From NCBI GenBank assembly GCA_003344405.1, contig NOWV01000011.1:682001-746000 (forward strand): a DNA stretch of 64,000 bases, written 5' to 3'. Shown here in pieces: positions 16,065 through 34,222 of this stretch. The stretch's first letter is position 1, and each line of letters starts with the position of its first letter. Source of the stretch: Trichoplax sp. H2. Taxonomy: Eukaryota. The notes below the pieces were generated by a model, which was given only the letters and a program-made list of their open reading frames with translations, had not been told where the DNA came from and made no database searches. The position numbers were made by a program, and so were the translations under genes.

Positions 16065-16557
16065 ATACTGTAAAGTGTACACTGTACAGTACAAGTCTAT
16101 TTGTATCAGAGGTCAAAGAGGTTTTTCTTTTACCCCTAGACAAACTAAAGTGATGACTAGAACCATGGACTAGAAGACCTTCCTCTAGTAGTCCATGCTA
16201 GCACACAAGATATCTGCTGTATTTCTCCATTTTTAAAACAAGCCCAACGTGGGAATAGAAGCTAACAAAAATATGTTGGCGACTTGCGGTTTTTTTTCAC
16301 TACTCTGCGATGCAACCGCAGACGATGGCCATGGTGTGCCAAACCACTGGTCTAACCCACGGCTTCTGACACAGGATGCATGCCTGCTGGTCGGGTGTGA
16401 TTGTTCAAGGTCAGGCGATGATGTCATTCTTTTAGGTTACGAACGCACAAACATTCCAACAATAGTGTACAGTGCACAGTGTACAGTATGCGCTGCGGCT
16501 TGATTTCTGTACATTCACTGTACACTGTACGGTACCGTACGTACAGTACCAGTACTA
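16065..16557. promoter_or_regulatory. Promoter region upstream of EBP with TACAG/CTGTA arrays and CATGGACTA inverted repeat
   Basis: Arrays at about 16065-16092 and 16464-16557; catggacta (16164) ... tagtccatg (16197). Confidence 0.5.
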
Positions 16558-16776
16558 CCTCCACCCGGTCTGGTGATTCGAGGCCATCAGCAACTGGAAA
16601 GTGTTGATTCAGAAAAAGCTCATCAATTGCTGAAGAGGAAGGTGCATCGCCGGTGGATCTTACTGCAGAATCGTGCTGATCGACAGAATTTGAGATATCG
16701 ATTGTGCATTAGCAAACGTGTAGGCAAAATCTCAACGTGGTCAAGACACTTATATCTTGGATAGCAAGAGTACAGC

Positions 16777-18259
16777 ATGGCGGAAGCAAATCCTAGTCAT
16801 CCATACCACCCGAAAGACCTGGTCATACCCCATTATAAGCCAAATGATATCACTGCTTTGGATATCTTAACAGTCATGTTCTCCGGTTTTGGTGTTGTTT
16901 TTGTTGGTGCTCTCTTAATTAGTAGCGGAGCTCGGCGGCGATTATCATTTTTAGACAAGTTATCCTTTTCTTGGTTTGTATTGTGTGGTTTCATTCATAT
17001 GATCATTGAAGGCTACTTCTCTCTTTATCACCAGACTTTAGCAAATCACGACTTTTTCTTAGGCCAGCTCTGTAAGTCACGGTATCTGACCTTCTTCATG
17101 CTACCGTAATAACATCCATTAAAACACTCTGTTTAAAATCGATGCTTGCCTAACACACTTGAAATAAGATTCCATGCTCATTTAGGGTTGTAATGCTATC
17201 TTGCATGTTGTAGTATGCTGACTGTCGTAGTTCTTAACAAGTCAACCTATGGATACTACTTTAATTATGATATAATATACGTCTAGAATTAATTATATAT
17301 GTACAGTATAATTAATTGAATGGATTGATCACTACAGTAGCAATACTTCTGCAATTACTACAACCTAGACAGTAGAGTAATTACAGTCTGCTCGAAATAG
17401 GATGGCTTACTGTAGTAGTGATGAATCATGTATTACCATCGAAAACTTTCATCAAGTAACGATAAGTTGTTTATTTTAAATTGACAGGGAAAGAATATTC
17501 TTTATCCGATAGCCGTTACCTAATGTAAGCAACAACAATTTTTTCTTTACCAATCCCTACAATTGAGTATCTCTATCCCACCAAAGTATCAAGCTATCAA
17601 TACCTTTTAGAAAGGCTTCAAGAAATGATGAATAGTGTATATATAATATTGCTAAGCTAAACATGATTTACCTTTGAATTGATAACTACTTCTATAAAAA
17701 TTGATGCAGTAGTTTAAACGTTATACAGTAGACTGCCTCAGCAATGCATATTATCGTGCCAAATTTCTACACGTTTTAAAGTGCAATTTTTGCGATAGAT
17801 GGAACTCACTGATGTAACAGTAATGGTTAACAAGATCGATGCATGAGTAAATGTACGCCTATTCATCATTAACGTACCTACGACTAATTGATCTCAACTT
17901 TCATTTGTAGATCTGATAACTTTACCTTGTGTATGGAAACCATCACTGCGTTTGTTGAAGGTCCAGCGTGCTTCCTGTTAGCTTATGCTGTCATGACCAA
18001 TAAGTCTTACAGAAATGTTCTGCAGTTATGTATCTCACTTGGACAGTTATACGGTGACGTTCTCTATTTTGCTACTGGATATCGTGATGAACATAAATAC
18101 ACCAGTGATTCCCATCCCATTTATTTTTATTTTTATTACTTATTTTTAAATATGTTATGGATCGTTATACCAACGATTCACATCATAGTTTCCTTTTATA
18201 GATTAAGTAATGCGCAAGCATGCGTTGATTCTAAGAAGGTCACTAAGAAAACAAATTAA
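16777..18259 (+). CDS. EBP: Sterol delta8-delta7 isomerase (emopamil-binding protein), exons 16777-17071, 17488-17524, 17911-18259
   Basis: HPYHP N-terminus, WFVLCGFIHMIIEGYF, WKEYSLSDSRY, CMETITA, GQLYGDVLYF, NMLWIVIP, C-terminal KKTN. Confidence 0.93.
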
Positions 18260-18561
18260 AACTCGTCAGTGAGCTCTACTTAATTTCATACTGCGTTTTA
18301 ATGTGATGCTACTTCATTTGTCAATAGAGAACTAAGTTCTGGTTCATTATTATATCATACATTCAAAATATAGTTTGATGTCTGTTTTAGCTAGCTAAAA
18401 TTAATCAACAATAATATGTAGATTTAGACACTGATAGGAATATAGAATTGGTTATGGTATTTGCAAAATAAAAAAAATCGATTTTAATGTTAGCGCTGTG
18501 TTCTTGATGATACATGCTGCAATTTTTCCTGTTCATATCCATATTCGAACATTTTACACCA

Positions 18562-20887
18562 CTAACTAAAATAATCCAACGTAGCTTTGGCCTTCTCCAT
18601 TTCATGTAAGAACGAATAAAATTGCGGTAAACTCAGTTCTGAAAAGTACAGTAGAATGCATATTTAAAATAAAGTTTATACCTATAGCAGTTAGCATGTT
18701 AAGACTTATTAAAGATTCATAGAGTTGGCAAAAATTCTAGTTTTTTACCCATATATACATCTTGATTGCTATCTCCCTTGTTTATAACTAATTTGAGCTG
18801 AAACATTAGTAAATACACAATTTTGTTAAGATGATATTGGGATAATCGAAAAATCGTGCACCTACAATATCCCAGCTACGGTGAGTGCATTTATCTCAAA
18901 ACCCTTACCTGCAGAAAAGTACTACCAGCTTTTTCCAAATCATTACTAGCCGCTGTTACTGTTGACATTTTATAAAGCGAAGCATTAATTTTAATTCAAT
19001 TCCAACTGTAGTATAGAGAATACAGAAAAGCTCAATAATTACCTCCAAACCTCCATTCCATGTCAACGAGCTGATTAACCATTAGTGTTTGATCAACTTG
19101 CGATCGAAATAACGCAACTAAATTTGATTTCCACTAAAATAGGAGAAAAACGTAGTAAACTATCGTTACAATCCTTGTACAATAGTCTAGAAATAATATA
19201 AATGTCTATCATACGGAGGACAGTATTTGTCTATGCGTACTATGTCATACAAACAAGTTCTCTATTTTTAAAGGTTATCGATCAAGAATGATTTTACGCA
19301 ATCATTTTTAACATGATGCAAACTTAATGGCAGTACCTGCTTAGCCACAAATTTAGCTTTAACTTCTGATAAACCTGACAACATAGAATGAAATATTAGC
19401 GACAGCAATATTAACCTTAATAATGAAATCTATTAATCAAACAATTACTGGTATATATTCTATCCAAATGTACGACACAGCTGAGCATTATCATTCACAA
19501 ATTGTTTGAATGCTATACAGTACTTCGATACTGTAATAATTAGGGAAATCTCTAATAGTATCAATTATTTTTTGAATACGTACAAGTAGAAAGGACATAA
19601 TCATGTATATAATAGCATTTTATCTTCATATTGCCTTTATAGAGAACATAAGAGTCCAAGTTAATATCATATAACGGTACCTAATTCAGATAGGTCTTCA
19701 AAAACTTGATTGCCATTCATATTGTTTTTCATAGCAAGGCGACAAAATGTTAAAAATGATCGAATAATATTCTTTAACGCATTTACATTGATGCCATTGA
19801 TTTCAGCAAATTCTTCCAATCGCGCTAATAGTCGTGCAGACTACAATATAAGAGGTAGCTGATTTTTAAAATGGTGTGATATAAAGATACTGAATATACT
19901 CAATCTTGAGATTGATATTGTATATCAGATATTACTGCCAGTGTGATTAATAGTATGCTCTATTTTAGTATACACGTATAAAATTGGCCAATATTACGAT
20001 AAAATTAGCAACCTCAATCCTGTACCTAATCAGTTACTGTATGCCATTTATCATGCGATATTATTTTACACTATTTATTGCAGTAGTATATATAAAATTA
20101 TCATGGTAAAAGTAAAGTATAGATGTACATGTGAACATATGTACAAACTTGAACAGAACAATCAGAATTCAGAAACATGTTGTATCAACGTGCCCAGATA
20201 TACTGTACTATTACTCTATACGCGTAGATGCATTTTATTAGGTATGATACAAGTGTTCAAAATATATTGATGGTAGGCAAAGCGATTTAATCAATCATTG
20301 GTGAATTAGCTTTCCTGATTTGCTATTTTTAAAACTAATACAGCCGTAATGAGTATAAGCCATAAAATTGTTCTTCATTGTACCTGTTGGGCTTCTGTTA
20401 AGAATGCAAAGACAATTTCTTGCAATTGATTGAATAGCTGCAAGAAAGGAAAACACCGTTTGAATTAATACAATTGCTTTGAACTTGCTTCATTTTCGTA
20501 TATCCACAGCTGTATTCAAGGTAATAATTCCTTTGAATACCGTTATACTCTGAATATTAATAATACCTTACAAGATGCATAATAAATCATGCTATGACAT
20601 TTTAATCTACGATTGAATTATTTATTGACATACAGTACAGATAATGTAAACTTTGAGAGAATGGATGAAGAGGTCAAGTCGATTGAAGATGATGACATGA
20701 TCAAGACAGCTAGTAGCTACTATTAGATCGCTACAAGTTACTGTACTCCACTTTAAGCATTGGATTTGCAACATGAAAGAAGTGATGTTATAGCTGTTAC
20801 TACCTCATCATTGAATTTATTGAGTGATCCAATATCGTTGACGAGTTGATCATCGGGTTTTTCCGAGGTATAATGCAATAACTTCAT
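18562..20887 (-). CDS. COMMD7: COMM domain-containing protein 7 (multi-exon; absent from ORF track)
   Basis: Hand-spliced: MKLLHYTSEKPDDQLVND / LFNQLQEIVFAFLTE / LLARLEEFAEINGIN... / WKSN...QTLMVNQLVDMEWRFG / VTAASNDLEKAGSTFLQ / LKLVINKG / ELSLPQFYSFLHEMEKAKATLDYFS*. Confidence 0.9.
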
Positions 20888-20972
20888 GTTGAATTTCTGG
20901 GTTTGTCTTGCTTTCTGCTAGTGGATATCCGAGTAGTAATAAATGTTCTTACAGTGCTGTGGCTTGAATATT

Positions 20973-21460
20973 GCAGTACATACAGTACAGTAACTGTATT
21001 ACCGTCTACAGTACAGCGTCCAAGTTCATGGGCTACCAGAAGAAGGAGAACGTAGCCTGGTCTTCTTCCAGTACTGTACTGTAGTCCTTGACACTTGACC
21101 AGTGACAGTGGTCAGCCGCAGTACTGGACATCCATGTCTTCTAGCATTCTATAACTCGTTCTACAGTGTACAGTGTACAATACAGTACTCGAAATTCACA
21201 GAGTACTGTAAACTGTACACTGTACAGACTGCACAGTGCACTGTACTGTAGCGTACTGTACGCACGACAGCAATATAGTACTGTACAGTATGACGACAGT
21301 AGAGTTCAAACGTTCAAACAGGACTGACTGGGTCTCATTCTACAGTGTATAGTGCACAGTACGCTGTACTGTACTCTTGCGTACTGTACGCACGACTGCC
21401 ATACAGTACAGTATGACGACCGTAGAGTTCAAACGTTCAAACAGGACTGACTGGGTCTCC
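20973..21460. promoter_or_regulatory. Putative bidirectional promoter COMMD7/PRDX3, densest TACAG/CTGTA array in the window
   Basis: Between divergent ATGs at 20887 and 21605; many tacagtac/ctgtac copies; catgggctac at 21027. Confidence 0.6.
21228..21459 (+). repeat. Tandem duplication, unit about 123 bp
   Basis: gcgtactgtacgcacgac...agagttcaaacgttcaaacaggactgactgggtctc occurs at 21251-21336 and 21379-21459. Confidence 0.9.
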
Positions 21461-21604
21461 AAGACTTGGATCTTGCTCACAACCAAAAGCAAAGTGAATT
21501 TGCGACATTGCTGGACTAGACGCCCTGGTGGAGCGATCGCGGACATCTTTCTCTTTTACAGAGTCCTCAAGGTGAATTGTTAAGGTAATTACAACTTGCA
21601 CAAC

Positions 21605-22345
21605 ATGGCGGCTCGATTACTTGCCTCAACTTTGACACGTACAATACTACCATTAGCACGATTATCAACACCAAAGACTGCATCTTTGGCTTGTGCTAAT
21701 CGACTGCTTCAATTGCAAGGATTGACCAGTGTACGGTACAGCTGTACTGGCAACTCGCGATTTTGCGGCGTCTCCCAAACGGCTCCTGATTTTAAGGGTA
21801 CAGCAGTCATCAATGGAGAGTTTCAAGAAATTCAATTGAGCGATTATGCTGGTAAATATGTGGTGCTATTCTTTTATCCAATGGATTTTACATTCGTATG
21901 TCCAACTGAGATATTGGCATTTAGCGATCGTGCTAAGGAATTTGAAGAGTTAAATACACAAGTCATTGCATGCTCCATTGATTCTGAGTACAGTCATTTG
22001 GCTTGGACTACTGCATCGCGTAAAGATGGAGGCTTAGGCGGTAATCTTAATATCCCTCTATTGGCCGATATTACCAAGAAAATTAGTAATGATTATGGTG
22101 TATTGCTGCAGAATGCAGGCATATCGTTGAGAGGACTATTTATCATTGATGGCAATGGAACTCTCAGGCAAGCCACCGTCAATGATTTACCGGTTGGTCG
22201 TTCAGTAGATGAAACGCTACGTCTTGTCAAGGCTTTTCAATTTACCGATAAGCACGGTGAAGTTTGCCCTGCAAATTGGCAACCAGGATCTCAAACCATC
22301 AAACCAGATCCAAAGGACAGCAAGGAATACTTTTCTAAGCAGTAA
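21605..22345 (+). CDS. PRDX3: Mitochondrial typical 2-Cys peroxiredoxin, single coding exon
   Basis: Arg/Ser/Leu-rich acid-free presequence; [13 protein letters not shown] peroxidatic motif, [12 protein letters not shown] resolving Cys, C-terminal EYF. Confidence 0.9.
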   Translation: MAARLLASTLTRTILPLARLSTPKTASLACANRLLQLQGLTSVRYSCTGNSRFCGVSQTAPDFKGTAVINGEFQEIQLSDYAGKYVVLFFYPMDFTFVCPTEILAFSDRAKEFEELNTQVIACSIDSEYSHLAWTTASRKDGGLGGNLNIPLLADITKKISNDYGVLLQNAGISLRGLFIIDGNGTLRQATVNDLPVGRSVDETLRLVKAFQFTDKHGEVCPANWQPGSQTIKPDPKDSKEYFSKQ

Positions 22346-24925
22346 AAATCCTTAAGTCCTCGACAGCGTGCTGTGATTGCGATAGCCAAGAAAAATGGAT
22401 TATTCCTAGATAACCTCTGCAGTAATGGATCAAAGCAAACTTATTAGTGCAATTATGCAGTTGCAAATACGTAGACTATACTTTCTAATCTATGAAATAC
22501 TGTATTGGTAACAATAATAGTACAGTACTGCTACTACATTTATATGTCCTGTTGTCTTGCGTAACAAATTTCTATTTAATTAATGGTCATTGTAATAGGT
22601 ACTTCATCTAGCACTATGTTATGGATTTCCCTTGATATACGCCTAACGTATTTTAAAGGAAAATAAACATAAGCTTTTATTATGAAATTCGAAATAATTA
22701 AACAAGACATTTGTGGCACACACTTATGAAACTTATTCGTTGATTTACTGTCTATTTTTGCCTCTATTTCATCCATTAAAAGTTTCAATTTAATGAAGCG
22801 CAAGCGTTAAATTTAACTTTAGGTGGTTGAGCAACAGCATTGCAGTCTACAGACTTATACGTATACGATGTACGTACATACACGTATATTTCGCTTGATT
22901 ATTCCATATATCTATTTTGTGTCATTCGACGGAATGAAGTCGACCTAGTTTCTAGGTACAGTCTTGGTACAGTAATATGCATGCCCACACGTGAGATCTA
23001 CATGTACTGTAGTGATATGTAGCAAGTTCAAATTTATTACTAATGTAATATACATTCTGGCATTTGACATTTGCTAAAAATCGATAAAATTCTTATCAGC
23101 GAATGTGAATACAATGTCCATGTCGTTGTATTTCTCTCGTTCCTAAATTAAGTGTATACAATATAAAACAGCCATACTGTAATAATTCAGGAATACTATT
23201 GATATATAAGCGTATATATGAAATTTTGATCGAAATTGTAACTACAGATTATCATTTTACTAGTCATATTGAACTACACTAAGGCTTCTATCCAGTATTA
23301 ATGGTAGTACCTTTTTCCTAAAACAGACTCTGTATTCTGGATACTTCTCATGTAGACGACATAATTTACCCATGCTTAAGTTCGTAGAGTACATCACATT
23401 AATAGCACCTAAATATACGCAATTTTACACGTCGTACACGTAGTTCGTAACGTAACCAGACCATTGGATGATATTACAGGTAATTGTAATCACAAGGTTA
23501 TAGAATAAATTATCAATTAAGTGTACTCTTGCTATCATTATAGAACAGTGTGTTTGTGCTAACAACTATCGCCTTCATAATCTCCTGCACGCGGATAACA
23601 ATATAACCGTGTACCAGACCTTGAACAGGCATGTAGCCATGATCAATTTTTAATTAATTGCCTACCGTATCGATGCATGCAACTGCAAATGCATCTGTGC
23701 GTTTGCTCGTATGTGCGATAATGTATGCAATAATAAAAGTAGGTACGGTACACTCGTCTACCTAATCTAGTTGATTCGATTAATTTAATTTAATGTTGCC
23801 ATAATTGGCCCAGAATGCATAAGACATGTAGCAGAGTGAATGTTTCGAAACGGACATGATTTCTGTTAACAAAATGAAAAAGTACTGAATAATTTTTAGA
23901 TATAAGAAATACTGTATAATCCACTAAAGTAATACAGTTTGTGCCACTTTTATAGAGCTCCATCTATATTAAGTATTTTGCACATGAGTTTAGTTTAATC
24001 GATAAATTGAAATGTTAGTGTTATAGCCATAATATTCCATACCAACATAGCTTTAGTAGCTACTTATAGTTAATTCCAAATTATGTAATCCTAATATTGA
24101 AAGATAAACAGCAAGTATACAAGTATGCTGCGCAACAATATCTAAATACGAACCTAGTATATGCGTATTTATGCATTTTATATCACAGTTCAATAATTAC
24201 GTAATAAGATAATTCAGTTTTAATGAAAACTTAAAATTGAATTCTACAGTACTATAAAATTGATTATTATTATGGCGATGACATTACTGCTTCATCAGTA
24301 AAAAGATAATTGTAAAATGAAAGATAGCAACAAGCTGTATACACGGCATAATCCACACATATTGTTTCGCCGATCAAAATGAATACATGGCTCGTGCTAT
24401 ATTTACACAACAACGACAGTCGATTCATAATAACTTGACACTGCAAGATTATTACGCTCTTATATGAAAAGTAAGTTAATTTACCAATTGTTTAGCTATG
24501 CTAATCTGAGAATCTTCAAAATAAGAAACAGTAAGTATAATTAACAGTATGAAATGACATTAATACTACAATTCACTAACAATATACTGAAATCTTATAA
24601 ATAGATAAATCTACATTAACATAATACACCACATCAAGTATATTGATATACTAACGTAATTTGTAACAAAATGTAGCATATCTTATCACCGTTTCGTTAT
24701 ACTAAACCATTATCAAAAGGCACTACTAGAAATTGCGTCGCTACGGAAAAGCGTCGCATTGAATATTAATGTTGTACACTCATTTTAGACAAATAATGAA
24801 CAATGAAAATTCATAGAATGTAGACTTTTCGTGTGACTTCTCTTTCAGCTGAGCGTGACTTTTAAGTAAGACCAGCACTGCGATTTAGCGCATTTTGATA
24901 CTAATTAACTCTACCAATAATTCAA

Positions 24926-30496
<5,571 letters not shown>

Positions 30497-31087
30497 TTTT
30501 TGGCTGCTAAGGTAGTTTTACCTAAAACTGTTTAGATCATATTAATAGACAATTAGTTGAAAAAAATAAATAATCATTCTCATCAGTTGGTATGCAATTC
30601 CATTGGTTAAGAATGTTGCTTGTGACTTTACTGTCAATTTCAGTACGTTAACGCATTATCATACGACGCTTGAAGGATCGATATCAACGGCTACGAGCGA
30701 TCACTGCTTTGGGTTTGTTATTGTTTACATGGACAAGTAAACCATTCGCCGTTTTCAATTTGAAAAATATTGCAGCAGATCGATGATGGAAGCTTTCATT
30801 TGGACATTATATCGATTTATATTGACTAGTCTCAACTACGTGTGATCATCATAGACTAGAAAATGTTCTCCTTTGTCCATCTATTCAGTTGGTGTAGGTG
30901 ATACTACACTAAAATCACTCTTAATCCTTGTAATGGAGTAAAATGATTGGTTGGAATGATGAGAATCATCAAGAATGAATTAGCCAGTGCAATTGTATGA
31001 TGTTATTATCACTTTTTTTTGTTTAGTAGTCGCTGTTATTAATTATTGATCAATGTTATTGACTCGTCGTCTACGAGTCAATAATTT

Positions 31088-31580
31088 TCATGGACTACCA
31101 GTAAAGTACCAGTAGGTAATCTTGTAGTAGTCCATGATACTGTCGACTGTATTATTTGGTTATTGCATGACTTGCTATCGTTGATGTCGTAGTCGACTAC
31201 AGTATACTGTTCAAAATAGAGTCTAATTCTACGGTCGAGTTTAAGCTTGAATTAGTAGACTACTATTGGATGTTTACTGTTTAGTGTCTTGGCTAGCAGA
31301 TTTTGTTGAGTAGTAGAGTATATTGTTGAAAATAGTCAAGGACCAGTCGATAAGAGTTTGGAAATACCAGACTAGTGTTGAATGTTGACTGTTTAGCGTC
31401 TTGACCAGTGGTCGTATAAATACAGCAGGTGGTCGACGTCAGCACTCAGCATGTGAGACATGCATGTCGTGATTTCAGATTGAGTACGCAAGTCACGGTA
31501 TGACGCCTTGCCGTCAATGCAACAAGCCCATGGTAATGCTACAGTACAGTACTGTACTGTAGCAATTGAGTAGCCCATGG
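31088..31580. promoter_or_regulatory. MAGI 5'/promoter region with motif inverted repeat, degenerate tandem duplication and TACAG array
   Basis: tcatggactac...gtagtccatga 31088-31137; tacagtacagtactgtactgta about 31540-31561; gtagcccatg 31570. Confidence 0.5.
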
Positions 31581-33770
31581 GGGCTGTTGTTCCTGGTACG
31601 GTGTAGATGTACGCGATGCTCGTCTACTGTCTCACCTCTACCATTGGCAGTCACATGGAAACAAATGCAACCCTTTACACATAACATTGCCCCCTGTATT
31701 TAGACGGCTTTGCCAACCATGGCTTCAACACGGCTTGTGTTGGATTTTAATATGTGTGGGGTAGGTCTGAGCCAGTTTGTTGTATATAGAATGGAAATGT
31801 TGTCAATACAATGTTGTAGGCGGCATTGAGAACGGTGGACTAGCATCAATATGAAACATAAATGACGGTATCATTGAAACTGTAAAGTGGAAACCATTGA
31901 CTTAACCAATTTAGAATTTAAAATATATGATCCATCACTAGTCATCGTAATAGCTAGTAATTAGTCATTATCGATTCCTTTAAAGATGGAAGCGCATGGA
32001 TTATCAATCTTATTAGCCTTTCAAGTCGTTCTAAAATGACGATTGATTAATTCATTAGGCATTGTACAGTCCAATTAATCATTATAGGATTGTTAAATGG
32101 GTGCTATGACTGTGGACGCTTTAGTCAACTACTTTGACGACACATTGTCTAGTATTCTTATGCTGCGACATCAACTCAATTTTCAATCAAATTAAACGCA
32201 TCGATTAAATGCTTGTAAAATAGTCTACACACATGGAAATAGCTTCTGTAGTCAATCAAAAACAGTGAAGAGTCGATTGCTAGAAAATTTGAATAAAGGA
32301 TGACGTAGAATAGCTAGTAGAGTGTGAAAAGTGAGTCCACCAGTAATAACGTAATAACTACTACAGCATGAGTCGTGCGAACTAGTAACTCCTACAATTT
32401 CGATTTGAATTACGTGTAGGATTGTGCTAAAGTGTACTACACTTTATACCCAATTGACATTTTTAGCGCGTTATTACAGTATTAAAATAAAATAAAAAAT
32501 AATAACGCCAAATCAACTCGGAAGTACAAGTTCTTTCAAGAAGCGTTTGTAGTTAAAATTGCGGTGTCCTCCTATTTCCAAACTGTGCCTGAATTAGGAC
32601 AATTAAGTATGGGAACTACTCAATTACATACTGCATAACAAATTATCACGCCTATGATAAAGCATGTAGTACAGTACATCGACTGCCAATATCGATTTTT
32701 AACGTTGTACGGGATTTTCACTACGTTATCGGCGGAACAGTATGAGCGAAAGCGTATACTATTTTACGTTCTATCTAGAGATAGATATACATATGGATAT
32801 ACATCTACCATTAATTAATTATTAATACGTGATCATATTGTACTGTCTGTATGTAAGTTACATCATAAGTACGCGAACAAACGGTCGAACTTTTCTACAA
32901 GGGTACACTGTACAACTTTTGTCAATTAGGATAAGGAATAGGCGTAGAATTACAGTATATCAAAGCGTGGCCATTTGAATAGTGTGTCTAAAATACAAAA
33001 AAATATTTTAAAATTAACGTATACAGGGTAGGATCACTTTAGCGTTTGCCTAGAATTACTGATAGTTTACTATTAGTCTTATTTGAAAACGGAGCCTCAA
33101 GCAAAATAATACCCTTAAGCTAGGAGTACGTGCTGTGCAGTGTATACTGCAATTTGGATGGACGATTGCCAATTTACAACAAAGTACAAGTGTGTCAGAT
33201 TGATATCGCTTTACAAGTTGAAGGAGAGGCAACCACCGTCTATCCTTAGATCCAAACGATGGATTCACTCCAATCTAGCGTAAAAGGACTAAGTCAACAG
33301 GAGGGTCGAAACAATATCAAGCGTTTCTCTACTCCATGCCAGCAGGGACCTATGCCCACATGGATACGTTGAAGGTAAAAAAATTTGCTATTCATTCTCA
33401 TGACTGTAGATGACAGTTGTAGGATATCAGCGTTGGTGATTGATAACAAATTAATTAATCCATCTCTGTCTGAAATAATGGATCGAAACAGGGCTAGCAT
33501 TGTCAAACCGTTTCAACGCAACAAAATGGACTACTGAACAGTAGTGAAATACCTTGAAAGAGTTCACAAGTGATGTTGTAAGGCACTTGATATCTTCGTT
33601 TTGCTCTCTTCTCGTATAATAACGATTCAAATCGTGATCTTGAAATACTCTTCTCGATGAGAATAACACAGTAAGCAATATTAAGCGTAACCTAACGGCA
33701 GGACTAGAGAATTTCAATCTGTCAATGCAACCTACTGTGCAGTCAAACTGTTAAAATAGCTTCAACTAAT

Positions 33771-34222
33771 GCGGTACTACCGCTGGGCATACACAGTCTA
33801 GTAATTCTGCGCGTCTGTGTAGCGTTGGTGAATTTTATACCGACGCAACTTGTACTGGTAGTGCTTTTCAATTACGCTTCAGCCGTTGACGTTGAAGCGA
33901 GACCTTGAGTGTATTTCTAGTCCTTGATGCCAGTGTCTTGGACTCCGTATAGATAGAGTCAATAGGCGTGGCATCAGCGTTGTCTAGCGTTGACCGTCCA
34001 CGCTAGTGACCCCAGTCGGTTGTGTATGCTACAGGGTGCAGTATAACGCACTACCTTGTTGTCATTTATTACAACACGGGGGCTGAGTCATCAGCCCACT
34101 GTGATCTATCACTGGATGTTATTGACTCATTCGTCAACAGCGTCATCACTAGAGTGTCTATTAAAAAGTTCAAAGTGGGTCGATGGAAAGCGCGTTGCGG
34201 ATAGCAGCAACAACTTTCCATC
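33771..34222 (+). ncRNA. Candidate structured non-coding RNA of unknown family
   Basis: Series of GC-rich helices with G.U pairs valid only on the + strand, no recognisable protein (see findings). Confidence 0.4.

Noticed and set aside
16233-16430. Minus-strand stretch with tgaacaatcacacccg and an Sm-like atttttg, reminiscent of U4atac
   Set aside because: Lacks the U6atac-pairing 5' end and correct spacing; more simply promoter/5'UTR sequence
21305-21442. gttcaaac repeats as Pol III B-boxes / tRNA relic
   Set aside because: Do not fit GWTCRANNC; no A-box or cloverleaf
20973-21460. CRISPR-like or satellite interpretation of the repeats
   Set aside because: Eukaryotic context, no repeat-spacer periodicity; irregular motif clusters
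34071-34097. acaacacgggggctgag resembling the RNase MRP CR-V motif
   Set aside because: No upstream GAAAGUCCCC CR-I partner found; the G run is used in a local hairpin
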